Assembly: GCF_006345805.1 (NCBI RefSeq)
Contig: NC_043014.1
Span: 22,444,001 to 22,508,000 of the forward strand
Direction of reading: 5' to 3'
Length of the DNA stretch: 64,000 nucleotides
Source: Octopus sinensis
Taxonomy: Eukaryota
In this document: piece after piece, positions 60,971 to 64,000 of the stretch
Position numbering within the stretch: position 1 is the first letter of the stretch
How the letters are laid out: each line of letters opens with the position of its first letter
Notes under the pieces: model-generated
The model's database searches: none
Told to the model about the DNA's origin: nothing
What the model saw: the letters and a program-made list of their open reading frames with translations, nothing else
Translations under genes and position numbers: made by a program

Positions 60971-61530
60971 GTAAATATTCTATTTTTGTGGTTTGTCAAC
61001 ATCATGTACCCTCCAGGGTTGAATGCAAATCACCTAGCCAGTACACGACTTATATGTTCATGGCTTGTAAAACTATGTGCTGGCATGCCCCAAAATTGCA
61101 TACCTAAGAGAAAATTTATATATGAAGTGAAAGCAGCTTTAGCATAAACCAATCACCTCACATAAACCAATCAAGATACAATGTTTTAAAACAGAAAAAT
61201 ATCTATAATGAAAATTTATTACATAATGTTCATTTCAAGAAGTTACTGTACATTGTTAATATTTCATGTGGCTTTCCTTAGCTTGAATAATTGCTTCAAT
61301 GTGTCTGGGAAGAGATGCATACAAATCCTTCACCATCTTCTCAGGTTTGAGATGCCATTCTCTCTGAGTAAGCTCTCACAACTCTTCAAAATTGCATGAA
61401 TTCTTCTCACGAACCCTTCTTTTTAGTTCTGTTTACATTTGCTTGATCATATTTAAGCCAGGGCTCTGAGCTGGCCAACCTCTCAATATGGTAACACCTT
61501 CATCAGCCACATTCTGTTGAGTTGTACTGT

Positions 61531-61745
61531 ATCATCATCATCGTTTAACGTCCGTTTTCCGTGCTAGCATGGGTTGGACGGTTCGACTGGGGTCTGGGAA
61601 GCCAGGAGGCTGCACCAGGCTCCAGTCTGATCTGGCAGTGTTTCTACAGCTGGATGCCCTTCCTAACGCCAACCACTCCGTGAGTGTTGTGGGTGCTTTT
61701 TACGTGCCACCGGCACAGGTGCCAGGGGAGCCTGGCATCGGCCAA
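61531..61745 (-). mobile_element. RTE 3'-end fragment
   Basis: Well-preserved family terminus with (CAT)n. Confidence 0.9.
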
Positions 61746-61905
61746 CCATATGTATTAGTATTTTCAGGTGGCTGTCTTAAGGTTTTTATCTTTATATTCT
61801 TGCCATATAGGTGCTATTCAGCACCCTCAGTCACCATTAGTGATGATTAAATTTTTCCTTTATGGTTTTATATTATGCCTAGCTGCTTATATTAATTTTT
61901 TTGTA

Positions 61906-63100
61906 TAGGGTTAGTTAAAAAGTACATAGCATTTTGTAAATAAAATTCATTAACAATAGCTGGATAGTTGCACATACCTTTACTCAACTACATATTTTCC
62001 ATTGTGTTCCACTACCTTTTTTTATCTTTGAGGCAGCTTCATCATCCCATTGTCCCAGAACTTGGCATCTTTCTGGGTCATGAACTGGTCTAATTAGTTT
62101 TTACATTCTTTTCAAGAGTTGCAGTTCTTCTTGTTAAGATAATTTTGTAGGGATCAGAATAAATAATCTGAAGGTGCAAGGTCAAATGAGTATGGTGGGT
62201 GGGGTAGGACATCCCATCCAAGCTGCACCAATTTCTGCCTGGTCTGCAAAGAAACATGCAGTCTAGTGTTGTCCTGATGGAAGATGACACTCTTTCTGTT
62301 GGCTAATTTGTGACAGTTTTCAATAACTGCTTCTTTTAATTGGTCTAATTCAGTAATAGTCTGAATTTAACGTTTGATTTTTTGGAAGTAGCTCATAATA
62401 CACAATGCCCTTCCAATCCCACCACATACAGAGCATCACATTCTTCGGATACAAACCAGCTTTTGGAGAGATTGAAGGTGATTCATCTCATTTTCCCCAG
62501 GACCTTTTTTGTTTTATATTGTTGTAAATAATCCATTTCTCATTACACATGATCATTTTTTTCAAAAATGGATAATTTTTCACTCCATCTGAGCAGAAAC
62601 TTGCAGATGGAAATGCGCTCTGTTAATTTTTTTCCATTAAGTTATGAGGCCCCCAAACATCATAGCGATCCACGTAACCAAGTGTTTTTAAATGCTTTAT
62701 AATGCTTTATAAGTAAGATATGTGGAGAATCTCCACAATGTCTTGCATTGTGTGACAGATTATTTTTTATTAAAGTCACGGTTTGTTCTTCATCAATGAC
62801 TGTAGGCCTGCCAGAACATTCACAATCTTCCAGGTCAAAATTTTCAGTTTTAAATCTAGCGAACCATTTTCGAACAGTACTCTCAGCTATGACACCATCT
62901 CCATAAACAGCACATATCTTCTTTTCTGTTTGTACAGTGATTTTTACTTTCTGGAAAAAAAAAAAAAAAAAAAAAAATTTACAAAAAATGTATTTCATTT
63001 TCCTTCATTTTCAATTTCAATGTAAGAACAGTAGAAGTAAATAATCCACACAATATTCAAATAGAAAAATGTGCTGAGATCTCCTCTTTCAGAAAATCTA
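61906..63100 (-). mobile_element. Degenerate mariner (Mos1/Hsmar-like) transposon
   Basis: EKKICAVYGDGVIAESTVRKWFARFKTENFDLED.E.SGRP (ORF 62660-62998) and a decayed LGWDVLPHPPYS.DLAPSDY region at ~62150-62230. The right end is uncertain. Confidence 0.8.
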
Positions 63101-63269
63101 TATATGTCATATGTTCCTGTCATGTGATAAAATAGATCATATGATTAAACATCACCAACTGAAAAACACTACACTGTTTTTATCAATCCAATATAGATTG
63201 TGTGCTTCATGCAGCCTTAAGGGTTTTAACTCTTATTTCTTGCAATGACAATTAAATGTTATATATCTG

Positions 63270-63445
63270 TGTGTGTGTGTCTTTGTGTCTGTGTTTGTCC
63301 CCCACTACTGCTTGACAACCTGCTTAGCAGTTTGGCAAAAGGGACTGATAGAATAAATACTAGGCTTAAAAAAAGTCCTGGAGTTGTTTGACTAAAATCC
63401 TTCTAGGCAGTTCCTAACACAGCCACAGTCTGAAACAAGTAAAAA
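63270..63445 (+). mobile_element. Short SINE-like repeat
   Basis: (TG)n-cttgacaacc...ttagcagtttggcaaaag..gatagaataaatactaggctt...tgaaacaagtaaaa; family assigned from recalled resemblance only. Confidence 0.45.
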
Positions 63446-63563
63446 GTTTAAAAAAAAGATAATTATATTCCAATTATAGAATAATGTTTTGTTGTCCTTC
63501 CTTGGTTTTTCTTGTTTTTATTTTGTTTTTGACTTAATGTTATTTTTTTTTCTCATTTAATAG

Positions 63564-63707
63564 ATTAAAACCATGCAAGATACTCTAGATTCTAAATTGG
63601 AACAAGAAAGAGCAAAATCTTTCGAAAATATACAGAATCTTCAAAAAAAATATAATGAAGAAATTGAGAGATTACAGTTAACTATCCCAGATTTGAATAT
63701 TGTGAAG
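63564..63707 (+). CDS. Optineurin/NEMO-family protein, coding exon 5 (IKTMQDTLDSKLEQER...LNIVK; 48 codons); the gene continues beyond the window
   Basis: Acceptor tttttttctcatttaatag| and donor AAG|gtaata; coiled-coil-like frame in phase with exon 4. Confidence 0.85.
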
Positions 63708-64000
63708 GTAATATTCTTGTTTGTGTGTATAAAGGATAGGATAGCCCCATACCAACTCTGTGGGATCAAACTTCTGATCAAAGGCATTCTAGCTGTAACC
63801 ATACTAACTTTTATTTCTAATACAGCGTATTTAGGATTATATTATCAAATGAGCCCTTCTACTTTTAAGACAACAGGATATGATTTAACTACTATTTTAG
63901 CTGATCAGATGTCCACATTGGAAGTTTCCTCTTTTATATTTTTTACTTTAGCTTAATCAAGAAGGGGCAGTGCCAACAAACCTTTGGAAGCCCTTTCAAA

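Noticed and set aside
63708-63956. Hydrophobic C-terminal extension of ORF 63573-63956 as a transmembrane tail
   Set aside because: It lies beyond a good donor (AAG|gtaata) and is most simply intron read-through; an intron-retained isoform cannot be excluded without RNA data.

Overview
AT-rich, repeat-saturated animal genomic DNA. The RTE LINE with a (GAT)n tail, the SINE set and the microsatellite load resemble an octopus/coleoid cephalopod (inference). One host gene is well supported on the + strand. Five coding exons (38159-38279, 49499-49686, 56058-56252, 60734-60970, 63564-63707) join in frame into a 295-aa N-terminal fragment with an optineurin/NEMO-type N-terminal coiled coil; the gene runs off the right edge. 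A weaker set of splice signals suggests a divergently transcribed - strand gene sharing a CpG-retaining region at about 27.7-28.6 kb. Most of the remaining sequence is transposon-derived: two near-complete RTE LINEs plus many fragments, a 5'-inverted BovB-like RTE insertion, Penelope-like remnants with hammerhead-ribozyme motifs, a CRE-like fragment, a Gypsy fossil, four Tc1/mariner relics, non-autonomous Helitrons, MITE/foldback elements and tRNA-SINEs. There is also a 547-bp near-perfect tandem duplication and an unexplained G-rich 7 x ~157-bp array with a 29-bp direct-repeat module. No prokaryote-type systems (CRISPR, operons, rRNA) are present. All alignments and folds were done by eye, and repeat boundaries are approximate unless TSD/TIR bases are quoted.
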